Positions 10,541 to 19,887 of a stretch of DNA of 57,464 nucleotides are shown piece by piece. The DNA is from Nitrosopumilales archaeon (GTDB lineage: Archaea > Thermoproteota > Nitrososphaeria > Nitrososphaerales > Nitrososphaeraceae): the NCBI GenBank assembly GCA_044507735.1, contig JBIQJB010000012.1, forward strand, positions 1 through 57,464, written 5' to 3'. The position numbers were made by a program, and so were the translations under genes. Each line of letters begins with the position of its first letter. Positions within the stretch are counted from its first letter, which is position 1. Under the pieces are notes generated by a model. It did no database searches. It was not told the DNA's origin and saw only the letters and a program-made list of their open reading frames with translations.

Positions 10541-11161
10541 CTACACTAGCAGAATCAACGAGGAGTATCCCCTACTCTCGGCAACATGGTCCTTATCTAC
10601 TTCTTCGACTACTGCCGTGATGGAGATCACGTCGAACTTTTGGCAGTTCTTCGCATCTATAATTATATAATCGTCAAGTATGTCCGCGCCATTCATGCTC
10701 TCCTTGCTCAGAGAGAAATCTATTGGCGCGCTAGAGTTGACAAGCAACAGTTGGTCTTTCTGGTAGCTACCAATTCTGACGAGCCTGCCGGGTCTCGGAG
10801 TGGCCACTATGTTCATCCTTATCTCGCCTACTGGGTGCATCGTATAGCGGTTCATCTTGTTCACAAAAATGTCAAAGCTGAATGGGTAACCTGCCGTGTT
10901 CTCAGCCATCTTGTTGACGCCATCGTTCATTATGATGTCTATTTTCTTGATGGTGTTGCCATATCTTGTTATCCACTCTTTAGTGGTCTTGACGATGCTG
11001 CTAATGGCAGTCTTTCTCCTTGTTGTTTCCTGCTCGCCCAGCTGATAGCGGTCGACCCAGTCCATGTAGTCCTTGCTTATATCTGTGATAAAGTCAGCAC
11101 ACGTAGTTTGGTAATCTTCAATGCTGGTAGCACGCTCTGAGCCAGTATCAGCAGCAAACAT
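10541..11161 (-). CDS. Hypothetical protein
   Basis: 206-aa ORF, more protein-like than the antisense 10586-11140 ORF; no motif recognised. Confidence 0.65.
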   Translation of the reverse strand: MFAADTGSERATSIEDYQTTCADFITDISKDYMDWVDRYQLGEQETTRRKTAISSIVKTTKEWITRYGNTIKKIDIIMNDGVNKMAENTAGYPFSFDIFVNKMNRYTMHPVGEIRMNIVATPRPGRLVRIGSYQKDQLLLVNSSAPIDFSLSKESMNGADILDDYIIIDAKNCQKFDVISITAVVEEVDKDHVAESRGYSSLILLV

Positions 11162-11806
11162 CTCAGTTCTCTCAATTTTGAATGAGCAAGCCGCAATAAA
11201 AATGGCTCCGTTAGCAAACCATCTTTTCTGCTCAAAAATAGCATGAGCCGCATCCTGTATGCCTCCATCTGTGAAAATGCGGAGTAATTAGATTGAGACT
11301 TTTCAACACTTGGCGCCTGTTGCAGTTCGCTTTTTTCCTACACATTAAATGGTTATCAAAGGATTCTCTCATGTCCCATATGTTCCTGAGCATCGCATTT
11401 TCCATTCGCTCTGAAGGGGCCTGTTGTATCAGACATTCTGATCTTCTCTTTCACTCCACCCTCCGCCCACTGTTGTACTCACTAACTTTTTTCGAGCCCG
11501 TTGTAAGCCGATCACCTGAGGCTGTTCAGCTAGTTTTCGGCCACCCGCAATTACACGATGTCAGAGAGCTTACAAACTCTGTCTTTTGAACAAGAGCAAC
11601 TCCCCATCATCTCTAGGTTAGAGCTGTGTCGAGAAGCCCAATCTAATAATGCGATAGTCTGCCCCTGTCCAGGCACAATACCATAAGCTTCCAGGATAAA
11701 ACGATGGCATACAAATCCGCTCCATGGTATGTTTCATCGTGCCATCACGCGCAAATATTGTTGGCACTGTGCCGCACCGACAAGCTTGCAAGAAAAGAAG
11801 GGTTGT

Positions 11807-12256
11807 CTAGTCTTCGTCGCCATCGTCTTCTGAGGAAGACGATCCTGCCGGGAGATCGGACTCAACATCCATCAGCTGGAGCTCCTGAAGCTCAAACCTG
11901 TATATTGCTCCCATGTCAAGCCCGAATTTAGTCTTCAATAGCTCCACCACCTTGGCGCTCAGCGGCGCAGTAAACACGTTTATCTTGAACTCATAAACAA
12001 ACCCCTTCATGAAATCCGAAATCTTCATCGTCTTTGGGACATCCAGACCCTCCACTATCGATCTGCCATCCGGCATCGGTTCATACACCTGAATATCTAT
12101 CTTGTAGTCGCTCTCGTAAATGTCAAGGATGTACCCTGTCCTTGTAATTGTCTCTGGTTTGCCGAACTGGGCCGACCTTATCTCGTCTTCTGCCCACTTT
12201 GGAAGTCCCTCCTCTTGGGAGCCACCTGCGCTTTTTGCGGCTTTTGCCCTCCCCAT
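11807..12256 (-). CDS. Hypothetical protein (beta-rich core, acidic tail)
   Basis: 149-aa ORF, TATTAAA box ~28 bp upstream, divergent from the cdvB paralogue. Confidence 0.8.
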   Translation of the reverse strand: MGRAKAAKSAGGSQEEGLPKWAEDEIRSAQFGKPETITRTGYILDIYESDYKIDIQVYEPMPDGRSIVEGLDVPKTMKISDFMKGFVYEFKINVFTAPLSAKVVELLKTKFGLDMGAIYRFELQELQLMDVESDLPAGSSSSEDDGDED

Positions 12257-12400
12257 ATGATACTCTAGCCTGTATGCTTTGCATTTAATAGCTTTTCCAA
12301 TCTGGTTCTACTCACAAATGACGCATGTCTAGAAAATATTACTACTTGGTTATTCAATTATGACATTTCTATTTAACGCTATTTTCCCTTGCTAGTTGAT

Positions 12401-13057
12401 ATGACGAGCTTCAGCAGTAACTGGGTTAAGGACAACACGCCAAACATATCCGAGAGGATAAAACAGAATATCGGTCCTCAACAACCGCTAAAACCAAGAA
12501 TCGAGCTTGCCAGGAACAAAATCCAAGCACAGAACCAAAAGCTAGAGACTATTCTTGAGAAATTAAGAAGTAAGGAGAGATCGCTTTTCAATCAAGTAGT
12601 TTCCGCCCTTCAGAGGCATGATACTCAACACGGGAAAATGCTCTCAAACGAAATCGCTCAAGTGAGAAAGACGACCAAAATGATCACGCAGCTCAAGATG
12701 GCACTTGAACAGATCCAGCTCAGGTTGGAATCCACGATCGATCTTGGAGATGTCATGGTGGCAATAGGCCCTGCGATGGGTGCACTCACCAGAGTGAGGT
12801 CAGGACTAGCGGGCGTCATGCCAGAAGTAGACAGAGAACTTGGCGAAATCAACGGAGTGTTCGGCGACATAATGATGAGCGCAGGAAGCATGGGCAATGC
12901 CTCATTCGCTTTTGATGCAAGTGGCGAGGAGGTGGACAAGATCCTTGCAGAGGCCGGCGCGGTCGCAGAACAAAGAATGAATGCCAGCTTCCCAGATGTA
13001 CCAATTGGTACTTCCGGCGGTAGGGCAGGAACGACGAGCGAGAACGCACAGTTCTAG
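12401..13057 (+). CDS. cdvB: ESCRT-III/CdvB (Snf7 family) paralogue
   Basis: Helical hairpin with NEIAQVRK...LEQIQLRLES..DLGD and EEVDKILAEAGAVAE..FP pattern typical of archaeal CdvB; paralogue number not determinable. Confidence 0.88.
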   Translation: MTSFSSNWVKDNTPNISERIKQNIGPQQPLKPRIELARNKIQAQNQKLETILEKLRSKERSLFNQVVSALQRHDTQHGKMLSNEIAQVRKTTKMITQLKMALEQIQLRLESTIDLGDVMVAIGPAMGALTRVRSGLAGVMPEVDRELGEINGVFGDIMMSAGSMGNASFAFDASGEEVDKILAEAGAVAEQRMNASFPDVPIGTSGGRAGTTSENAQF

Positions 13058-13071
13058 GTGCTCGCAACCTC

Positions 13072-13091
13072 TTTTTTCCTTTTTTCATTTT
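13072..13091 (+). terminator. Oligo-T terminator after cdvB
   Basis: TTTTTTCCTTTTTTCATTTT 15 bp after the stop. Confidence 0.5.
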
Positions 13092-13629
13092 GCTGATTTT
13101 TCCAAACGACTTGGATGTTGTAGCCCTACTCTCTCAAGCTCGTATCGATCCCTGGCTCCCAACATTCTCAGCTCATTGGGAGCAGAGTGCATACATCTGA
13201 ATATCTTGCACAAGCCGTCCTGCCCACAAAAAACAGTTAATTCCACCGCTCAGTGCCTTTGTCGAAAAGTCCCATAATCGTACACTGTCTCATTGCGTTT
13301 GGAAACCGATTTGATGAATGTATCAAATCCCCATCAAGCCTGGTTTGTATTATGGGAATATTTGGAGTAGACGATTTCACCCAATGGCACAGGGTGCAAG
13401 ACGTCGGCCCTCAACAAGTGCACATGCCACCTACAAAGTTCCTCTCTTCATCAGACAACATATCAGAGCCAACTTCCAGAAATCCTTCTAATCCACTGTG
13501 GCATTCAGAAGGGCTGCATTGCTGTTGGAAAAGAACTCCGGTCCACATTCTGTTGCCCTTACTGCCCTTTTGCATGACAATTGGGTCTAGTCAGCAACAA
13601 TGTTGTCTAGACCTGATGCAAACTCGTGC

Positions 13630-15387
13630 TCATCTCACAGTTACGGATTTGGCCAAATTCCTTGGATAGTCCGGGTCTACATTCTTGGCGAGCGCAAGCT
13701 GATATGCCAATATCTGAAGAGGTATGACCTCAACTATCGGGTAGTATGCTTCTTCATTGAGGTGGGGTATCTCGATCCAATGGTCATAGACGTCGTCCTT
13801 GCGATCGGAAATGCCAATGACTGTTGCACCTCGAGCCTTTATCTCGTGAGCATTTGAAATAGTGTCATTGAACGTAGCGTCGTGCGGATTTATCATTATG
13901 ACACAAGTGTTCTTCTCCATCAGTGCAAGCGGTCCATGCTTCAGTTCGCCTGCCGCAATGCCTTCAGCATGTACGTATGCGAGCTCTTTGAGCTTTAGTG
14001 CGCCTTCAAGAGCAATCGGGTAGTGGAGGGATCGCCCAAGTATGTAAATATCTGTTGCATCTTTCATGTACTCTGCAACCCTCATGACGTTTGCTTGATT
14101 GGCAATAACATCCTCTACAGCCTTTGCAAACTCTGCTTTCTCTGTTCCCAGGCAGTTCTTGCATATCCTGTCAATGATATTGTAGATCAATGCAAGCTGA
14201 CCTGTAAAGCTCTTAGTTGCGGCAACCCCGATTTCGGGCCCGCAGTTTGTGAATAGACAAGCATCGCTCGCCCTGGCCAGAGATGAAGTCATGACATTGA
14301 CTATTGAGAGTATCTTGGCGCCTTGACTCTTGGCGAGTCTGACAGAGTCAAGCACATCGGCAGTTTCTCCACTCTGCGAGATCGCAACCAGGACTGAACT
14401 ATCGTCTAGTGCTGAAAGGGCATATTGAGACTCGCTTGAAATCACCGACTCTGCCCTAATCTTTCCGAACCTTGCAAGCATGTGCTTGAAGATCAAGGCC
14501 GAGTGGTAGCTCGTGCCGCTTCCAGTGATATAGATATCCTTTGCACTAGCAAGAATGTTGCAGAACCTGGCAATCTCTGCTTCGTCCTGCCTTCCCGCAT
14601 GCACCACCGTCAGCCTCTGCTCGTTTATCTCTTTGATAGTGTGGTGAGCATACTTGCCCTTGTCAATGTCTCCCAGCTCCCACGCCACCTGAGTTATAGG
14701 ATGAGGAACGGGTCTGCCATCAAAATCGAAAATCTCGAGCTTGGTGTTGTCGACGATACAAATGCTGCCGTTCTCGAGGAATATTGCCTTATCTGTATAT
14801 TCGAGGAAGCCTAGCACGTCGCTCGACACAAAGTAGCCGTCGTTTGCAACGCCTATCACCAGAGGTTCTTCGTATCTTGCTCCGCTGATGGTGCCGTCCT
14901 GAAAGACCGCAACAAATGCATAGTTTCCCTTGAGCCTCTTGCAGGTCTCAACCATAGCCTCCTTGACTCCTTTGGGATAATAGACCTCTAGCAGATGTGC
15001 AATAACTTCGCTATCGGTTTCGCTTGCAAAAGAGTGTCCTGAAGAAATGAGGTCTTGTTTCAGTTCCTTGTAATTTTCAATTATTCCATTATGTACCACT
15101 GCGATGTCATTCTTGCAGGCCGAATGCGGATGTGCATTGCTGACGGTTACGCCACCATGAGTGGCCCAGCGTGTATGTCCGATTCCAATTCTGCCTGCCA
15201 TCCGGCTGAGGTTCATGTTCTCGTTGACCTCTAGTACTTTGCCTGTGCCCTTGCGTACCAATATGTTGCCACTGTCAAACGTGGCAACCCCTACGCTATC
15301 ATACCCTCTGTATTCCATCCTCTTCAGACTGTCTACCAAGATAGGGGCTGCATCGTTCTTGCCTTTATAGCCAATTATTGAGCACAT
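13630..15387 (-). CDS. glmS: Glutamine--fructose-6-phosphate aminotransferase (isomerizing)
   Basis: N-terminal MC nucleophile, EYRGYDS, GHTRWATHG, SQSGETAD, ELKHG, PRNLAKSVTV. Confidence 0.97.
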   Translation of the reverse strand: MCSIIGYKGKNDAAPILVDSLKRMEYRGYDSVGVATFDSGNILVRKGTGKVLEVNENMNLSRMAGRIGIGHTRWATHGGVTVSNAHPHSACKNDIAVVHNGIIENYKELKQDLISSGHSFASETDSEVIAHLLEVYYPKGVKEAMVETCKRLKGNYAFVAVFQDGTISGARYEEPLVIGVANDGYFVSSDVLGFLEYTDKAIFLENGSICIVDNTKLEIFDFDGRPVPHPITQVAWELGDIDKGKYAHHTIKEINEQRLTVVHAGRQDEAEIARFCNILASAKDIYITGSGTSYHSALIFKHMLARFGKIRAESVISSESQYALSALDDSSVLVAISQSGETADVLDSVRLAKSQGAKILSIVNVMTSSLARASDACLFTNCGPEIGVAATKSFTGQLALIYNIIDRICKNCLGTEKAEFAKAVEDVIANQANVMRVAEYMKDATDIYILGRSLHYPIALEGALKLKELAYVHAEGIAAGELKHGPLALMEKNTCVIMINPHDATFNDTISNAHEIKARGATVIGISDRKDDVYDHWIEIPHLNEEAYYPIVEVIPLQILAYQLALAKNVDPDYPRNLAKSVTVR

Positions 15388-15537
15388 CGAACGAAAAGGG
15401 ATTAAACAGGAATTTAAGCACCATCAAATTTGGAAAAATACCGTTGAATCTTACTTTATAATGGTCCGTGCTTGGTAGCCTCAATCTAGATTTGTACCGC
15501 CACATAATACTATATAGTGGTATATGCTATTTCACAG

Positions 15538-16494
15538 ATGTTGGAAAAAAAACTAGTATCAGAAAAGGATGGTCAGGCATCATCAAAAAAGATCATTGTT
15601 TTTAGGGATGTTGAGCGCATTCGCGTCCTTTCAAGCCCCGTCGCGTGGCGTATCATGGAACTGCTTTCAAAGAGACCGATGTATCCGGCACAGGTTGCAA
15701 AGGAGCTCAAGATGTATGAACAGAGCGCCTACTATTACATCCGAAAACTAGTCAAGATAAGCGCTGTCGAAGAGGTTGGCAAGGAGTTTGTGAGAGGTGG
15801 TACGGCACGGCTCTATAAGGCCTCAAGTCCTGCATTTGGAATAGAAATGGACTGGGGGGAGAGCAAGCTAGGTCCCTTGTTGCTTGGTAGCCGCCATCAA
15901 AGTGCATCAAAGTTCTTCTCAAACTTTGTATCTGGTAGGGAATTCCGGGGTCTCTTGGTAGTGGGTGCTCCAGACCCTCATGGCCCCTACAAGTCTTCGG
16001 CAAGAGATGGGCACTATGCCGTGCACCTCGCCTTCTTTCTTGGGCACCTCACTGGGGCGATGCCTTCAGAGTTTGTTGTAAAACTGGACGTAGATGCAAA
16101 GGCTGAAAAGGTGCTTACCGGGAGCAACATAATTTCGATTGGTGGACCGGGTACAAATATCGTCACTGCAGAATTTAACCGATATCTTCCAATCCGTTTC
16201 GACGAAAAGAACTTTTGGTCAGGACTCATCGATGAATCTGGCAATCGCTACGGCCTAGACAACCATGGACTTATCGCGAAGGTAAGGAACCCATACGACG
16301 CCAACTCGAATATTATCGTGGTCGCTGGCGTGCGGTCTGCTGGGACAAAGTCTGCAGTAATTGCGCTGACCAACTACAGCGAAGAGGTTCTCAAAAAGTA
16401 TGACGGCGAGGATAGCTGGGCGCTAGTTGTGCAGGGCTTTGACATGAACTCTGATGGGAAAATAGATCACGTGGATGTCGTCAGCGGCCTATGA
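15538..16494 (+). CDS. ArsR-like HTH protein with C-terminal alpha/beta domain
   Basis: LSSPVAWRIMELL..RPMYPAQVAKEL HTH; IGGPGTN motif; C-terminal DMNSDG; divergent from glmS. Confidence 0.75.
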   Translation: MLEKKLVSEKDGQASSKKIIVFRDVERIRVLSSPVAWRIMELLSKRPMYPAQVAKELKMYEQSAYYYIRKLVKISAVEEVGKEFVRGGTARLYKASSPAFGIEMDWGESKLGPLLLGSRHQSASKFFSNFVSGREFRGLLVVGAPDPHGPYKSSARDGHYAVHLAFFLGHLTGAMPSEFVVKLDVDAKAEKVLTGSNIISIGGPGTNIVTAEFNRYLPIRFDEKNFWSGLIDESGNRYGLDNHGLIAKVRNPYDANSNIIVVAGVRSAGTKSAVIALTNYSEEVLKKYDGEDSWALVVQGFDMNSDGKIDHVDVVSGL

Positions 16495-17004
16495 TGCCGG
16501 CTGAGCAGGAGCAGCAGCAGCTGCACCTGGGATTTCGACATGGATCATGATCAGGGGTTCTTCTTCTGTTCTCACGAGGTATCCGGGGATGTTGACCTTG
16601 CGGTTGCCTATTGATACGTGTCCGTGGCTCACTATCTGTCTTGCCTGGTATGGCGACTTTGCCCCAGATCTTTTCATGACGATGGTCTGGAGTCTGCGCT
16701 CGAGCAGATCTTCTGCCTTTAGGTTCAAAATGTCATCAAGTGTGGCGCCTTCCTTTACCAAGCCAAGCCTATTCAAAAAGTTCAGTAGCCTCTTTTCCTT
16801 CTCTGATCTTGCTTCTGTTGAAAGAGCAAGCAGTGCACGGGCTTGGTTCCTGATCCTTGCGACCTCTGTCTGAGCTTTCCACAGTTCGCGCTTGTTACGA
16901 AGGCCGTAGGAACCCATGACATAGAGCTCTGCACTGAGCTGATCAGTGGTCCAGATCATCCTTGGACGGCGATATAGTTTCTTTGACTTACGAGGATCTC
17001 CCAT
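16489..17004 (-). CDS. rps4: 30S ribosomal protein S4 (uS4)
   Basis: MGDP start, YGLRNKRELW, LERRLQT, ARQIVSHGH. Confidence 0.97.
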   Translation of the reverse strand: MGDPRKSKKLYRRPRMIWTTDQLSAELYVMGSYGLRNKRELWKAQTEVARIRNQARALLALSTEARSEKEKRLLNFLNRLGLVKEGATLDDILNLKAEDLLERRLQTIVMKRSGAKSPYQARQIVSHGHVSIGNRKVNIPGYLVRTEEEPLIMIHVEIPGAAAAAPAQPAS

Positions 17005-17016
17005 CTACACCACCTG

Positions 17017-17562
17017 TTATTTCTTTGCGGGCTCCGCCGCTGCTGGTGCTGCGCCAGACGCGGGTTTCGCTGCCGCTGCTGGTGCTGCCGCCGCTGGTGC
17101 GGCTCCTGGTGCTGCCTTTACCTTCTTGACGCCAACTGCACCGCCCCTTCTACCTGTGGTTCTAGTGCATTGCCCTCTTACTCTCAGACCAAACATATGG
17201 CGGTAGCCGCGCCAGCTCATAACGAGTTTTTCTCGTTCGATATCATTTGAAGAAGCAAAATCGAGATCAGAAGTAATCAGATGGTGGGTCGAGCCATCAT
17301 CCATGTCTTTCCTTCTGTTTAGGTACCATTGCGGGATGCCTGCCTTGGAGGGGTTGGCGATCGCCTGCTCGATCTCACGGAGTTCGCCATCAGACAAGAA
17401 TCCTACGCGCTTGTCCGGGCTGATGTTAAGCGCCTGCAACATAACCTGAGCAAAATTGTAACCTACGCCTTTGATTTCACTGACTGCAACAATCACTTTC
17501 TTGCTGCCCTCAATGTCCTTGCCGGCGATTCTGAGGATGTGTTTATACTCGGATGCGGACAA
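17017..17562 (-). CDS. rps13: 30S ribosomal protein S13 (uS13) with Ala/Pro-rich tail
   Basis: IKGVG, WYLNRRKD, SWRGYRHMFGLRVRGQCTRTTGR; TTG start at 17562 preferred to the ORF-track start. Confidence 0.95.
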   Translation of the reverse strand: MSASEYKHILRIAGKDIEGSKKVIVAVSEIKGVGYNFAQVMLQALNISPDKRVGFLSDGELREIEQAIANPSKAGIPQWYLNRRKDMDDGSTHHLITSDLDFASSNDIEREKLVMSWRGYRHMFGLRVRGQCTRTTGRRGGAVGVKKVKAAPGAAPAAAAPAAAAKPASGAAPAAAEPAKK

Positions 17563-17711
17563 ATTACATAATCCCGAAGCAAATTCCGCAATAAAAACCA
17601 ATCTGGTTGCAGCGGACGGTTCCCTTATCGACCTACATCTGACTGGTAACAAGCATTAGAACCATGAATGCCAGTGGGCGTTTCCAGTCTGCGCCATCAT
17701 GAAAGGAGAAC

Positions 17712-17864
17712 ATGCGGCCGACCGTCAGAAAAATGGAGGGTGATAGAGTCGTTGCTGCAGATGGGCTAGCAGGTGAACTCTCTGGTCGTCTCTTGCTAGA
17801 GAATCGAGGTTTGGTTATGCGCAAGACCCTGTTGGTCGGGACTTGGGTGAGTGAATCCCTATAA
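17712..17864 (+). pseudogene. Possible truncated or degraded PRC-barrel protein fragment (50 aa)
   Basis: MRPTVRKMEGDRVVAADGLAGELS...VMRKTLLVGTW resembles the PRC-barrel N-terminus (G..V.A.DG..G.V...IRYLVV..W); preceded by AAGGAG. Confidence 0.35.
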
Positions 17865-18079
17865 GCATAGGGACAACGTGGCATCCGGATGCTGACTCTG
17901 AAATAACAATGTCAGAGTACTCTGGATGCAGAAATGCTGAAATATTTTCAACAAAGGGACGCACAGATCCGCCCGCAATATCTGATATTTATCAGATGGG
18001 CACATTTTATCAAATTTTTTGATTGTTTGGTGCGATTTACTTCATGTAAAGCGTTATAAGCTCATTGCTGGCAGACGTA

Positions 18080-18208
18080 TTGGAAGAAATGACGAACAAA
18101 AAGCAGGCCGCCGGCGTCCACAAGCTGGTTTCAGCAAAAAAGACCGCCGAAGAGCTGGCATACGAAGAATATCAGCGGCAGCTAGAATTGGCAATCGAGA
18201 ACCACTGA
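18080..18208 (+). CDS. Small protein (39-42 aa) missed by the ORF track
   Basis: (LEE)MTNKKQAAGVHKLVSAKKTAEELAYEEYQRQLELAIENH*; AAAGCGTTATAA BRE/TATA-like at 18048-18059; TTTTTT immediately after the stop. Confidence 0.6.
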   Translation: MEEMTNKKQAAGVHKLVSAKKTAEELAYEEYQRQLELAIENH

Positions 18209-18399
18209 TTTTTTGGGAACTTTAGACTCTAGGGTCATGGGTGGCTCGAGCAGACGGTGGCAACCCGAAGACCCGTATCCTCCTCAACCCGGTGTCAGCA
18301 TGGTTAGTCGACCTTTTGAATAAAGCCGGCTGTGGGTCTGGTCATACAAAGCCACATCGCCTCTCAACCCTCTTCTCCGCAATCTGAACTTGCCATGGC

Positions 18400-18640
18400 T
18401 CATCGGCATTGTACATATAGATATGAAAATAATCATCATGCTTCGTTACTTACATGCGGTATGTGTCTCACACCTTGCTCTGGTATTGATAGCAGTAAAA
18501 TCATCGAATCCTTTGATGTCCTTTCAGTGAATTGCTCAATTACCATCGTCTGATCTCAGTTTCGGGCTAACGAGAACCCAGAAGAAGTCCTTGGACCAAC
18601 CGGCCTCCTGGATAGAAAGCCCAAAAGCGCTAAAGTGGGT
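18400..18640 (-). pseudogene. Possible IS6-like DDE transposase C-terminal remnant
   Basis: Across frameshifts it reads VIE...KDIKGFDDF...RCE...HVSN, resembling the recalled archaeal IS6-like pattern IER..KDRTE.FDDY.PC...C...HV.NW. Confidence 0.35.
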
Positions 18641-18709
18641 GCACAGTGCAAAGTCGGCCAAGATGCGGCATCGAATTGGACAATAGCACCGCTTGGGTTC
18701 CAATGAAGT

Positions 18710-19036
18710 TTACTGCCAATCTAATTTTTCAAGCGCAACTCTACGCCTTGTAAAGTCTGAAATGCCATCACCTGCGAAACGCAGTCCCTCTTTCTTAAGC
18801 AATTCTTTCTTTCGGGCCTTGCCAAAGGCATAGCCTCCTATGCTGCCGTCTGACATGACAACTCGGTGACACGGAACCACAATTGGGTTTGGATTCTTGT
18901 TCAAGATCCTGCCGATTGCACGTGATGCGCCCGGATAGCCCAGAGCCTTTGCTATGTCGCCGTAAGTCGTGACTTTGCCTTTCGGGATTTTCAAGAGGAT
19001 GTCGTAAACGTCGTTTGCAGTTAGCTGCTTGCGCAT
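18710..19036 (-). CDS. ogt: Methylated-DNA--protein-cysteine methyltransferase (single-domain MGMT)
   Basis: IPKGKVTTYG, RAIG, active site VPCHRV. Confidence 0.92.
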   Translation of the reverse strand: MRKQLTANDVYDILLKIPKGKVTTYGDIAKALGYPGASRAIGRILNKNPNPIVVPCHRVVMSDGSIGGYAFGKARKKELLKKEGLRFAGDGISDFTRRRVALEKLDWQ

Positions 19037-19074
19037 TCTTTATGAGATCGTTATGGACATATTTCAAAATAGCT

Positions 19075-19887
19075 TTACAGTTTCAGTATTTCAAGCCCTG
19101 TTTTTTCAGCCATCCTTATCATCCTGTCCTTGTGGCTACCCATACCTTTGCTGTCCATGACAATGTGTGTGACTTTCTCTGCACTTCTGTCTATCATATG
19201 ACTCAACAATTGCTCGTCTATTGCCTCAAGGTTGTGCTTTGATGCCACAGCCGCAAGTCCAAACTCGGATTCTAGCAGCAGCTTGTTAAACTTGGTCGGG
19301 TAATGGGTTCCTCCCAGCGCAACTCCTACCCTCCTGCAGCGCTCAATGCCGCTGCCAAGCAGCTTGAGCAGAGTATCACATATCACTCCCGCTGCGGTGC
19401 TGTCGACCCACTGCTTTTCCGACGAGCCAAGCTCTACAAACAGAACGGGCTTACTAAGCGATGTCGGCCCGTGGTGCGTGGCCTCTATGACGACATCGTA
19501 TGCGGGAACTCTGCTTCTTGCAGCGGTTATGGCCTTTAGGTATGCTTTTTGTAGGCTCGGGTATGCAACTGCCATTTGCCGGGGGTTGCCTCCGTACGGG
19601 TTATCTGCAAAGTTGCCGGTGCAGTGGCAGGTAAGCGTAGGTATTTGGCTGTCTGACTTGTGCTTTGACAAGAAAATGAATGAGTTGGCTTCTGGGTAAA
19701 GACCGTCAAGGTTTTCAAGAACTAGCAGACTGCCATCCTCTACGTGCAGCTTGACAGTCTTGTGAAGAGGCGATTTGCCTTCATCATTAAAACCTTCTTG
19801 ATTCTTGAGGTACTCAATCATTGTCACTCCTGCCAGATCTTGGCTTGAGGCTACCAAAACATAATAGTCGTTCAATCCAACGTCCAT
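19075..19887 (-). CDS. dtdA: D-aminoacyl-tRNA deacylase (archaeal DtdA/GEK1)
   Basis: SKHKS, LTCHCTGN, EATHHGP, FVELGS, GGTHY; exact start uncertain (19875-19938). Confidence 0.9.
   Translation of the reverse strand: MDVGLNDYYVLVASSQDLAGVTMIEYLKNQEGFNDEGKSPLHKTVKLHVEDGSLLVLENLDGLYPEANSFIFLSKHKSDSQIPTLTCHCTGNFADNPYGGNPRQMAVAYPSLQKAYLKAITAARSRVPAYDVVIEATHHGPTSLSKPVLFVELGSSEKQWVDSTAAGVICDTLLKLLGSGIERCRRVGVALGGTHYPTKFNKLLLESEFGLAAVASKHNLEAIDEQLLSHMIDRSAEKVTHIVMDSKGMGSHKDRMIRMAEKTGLEILKL

Noticed and set aside
10586-11140. 184-aa plus-strand ORF and similar long antisense ORFs (e.g. 22701-23300, 27734-28342, 45916-46557)
   Set aside because: Shadow frames opposite better-supported genes, with no motifs
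13253-13669. 138-aa ORF in the cdvB-glmS spacer (likewise 8632-8886, 24479-24823, 30394-30585, 41071-41568)
   Set aside because: Atypical composition and no recognisable motif or promoter; more likely decayed sequence
17030-17115. GCT/GCC-rich repeats (also 3405-3500) as DNA repeat elements
   Set aside because: Explained by Ala/Pro low-complexity coding
17563-17652. N-terminal extension of S13
   Set aside because: It contains the TATA-like TTTTATT on the minus strand; TTG 17562 fits the family start
18225-18312. SRP RNA, RNase P RNA, SECIS or HDV-like ribozyme identity for the hairpin
   Set aside because: It lacks the SRP helix-8 motif, the RNase P GAGGAAAGUCC motif and the HDV pseudoknot pairing; kept only as an unidentified structure
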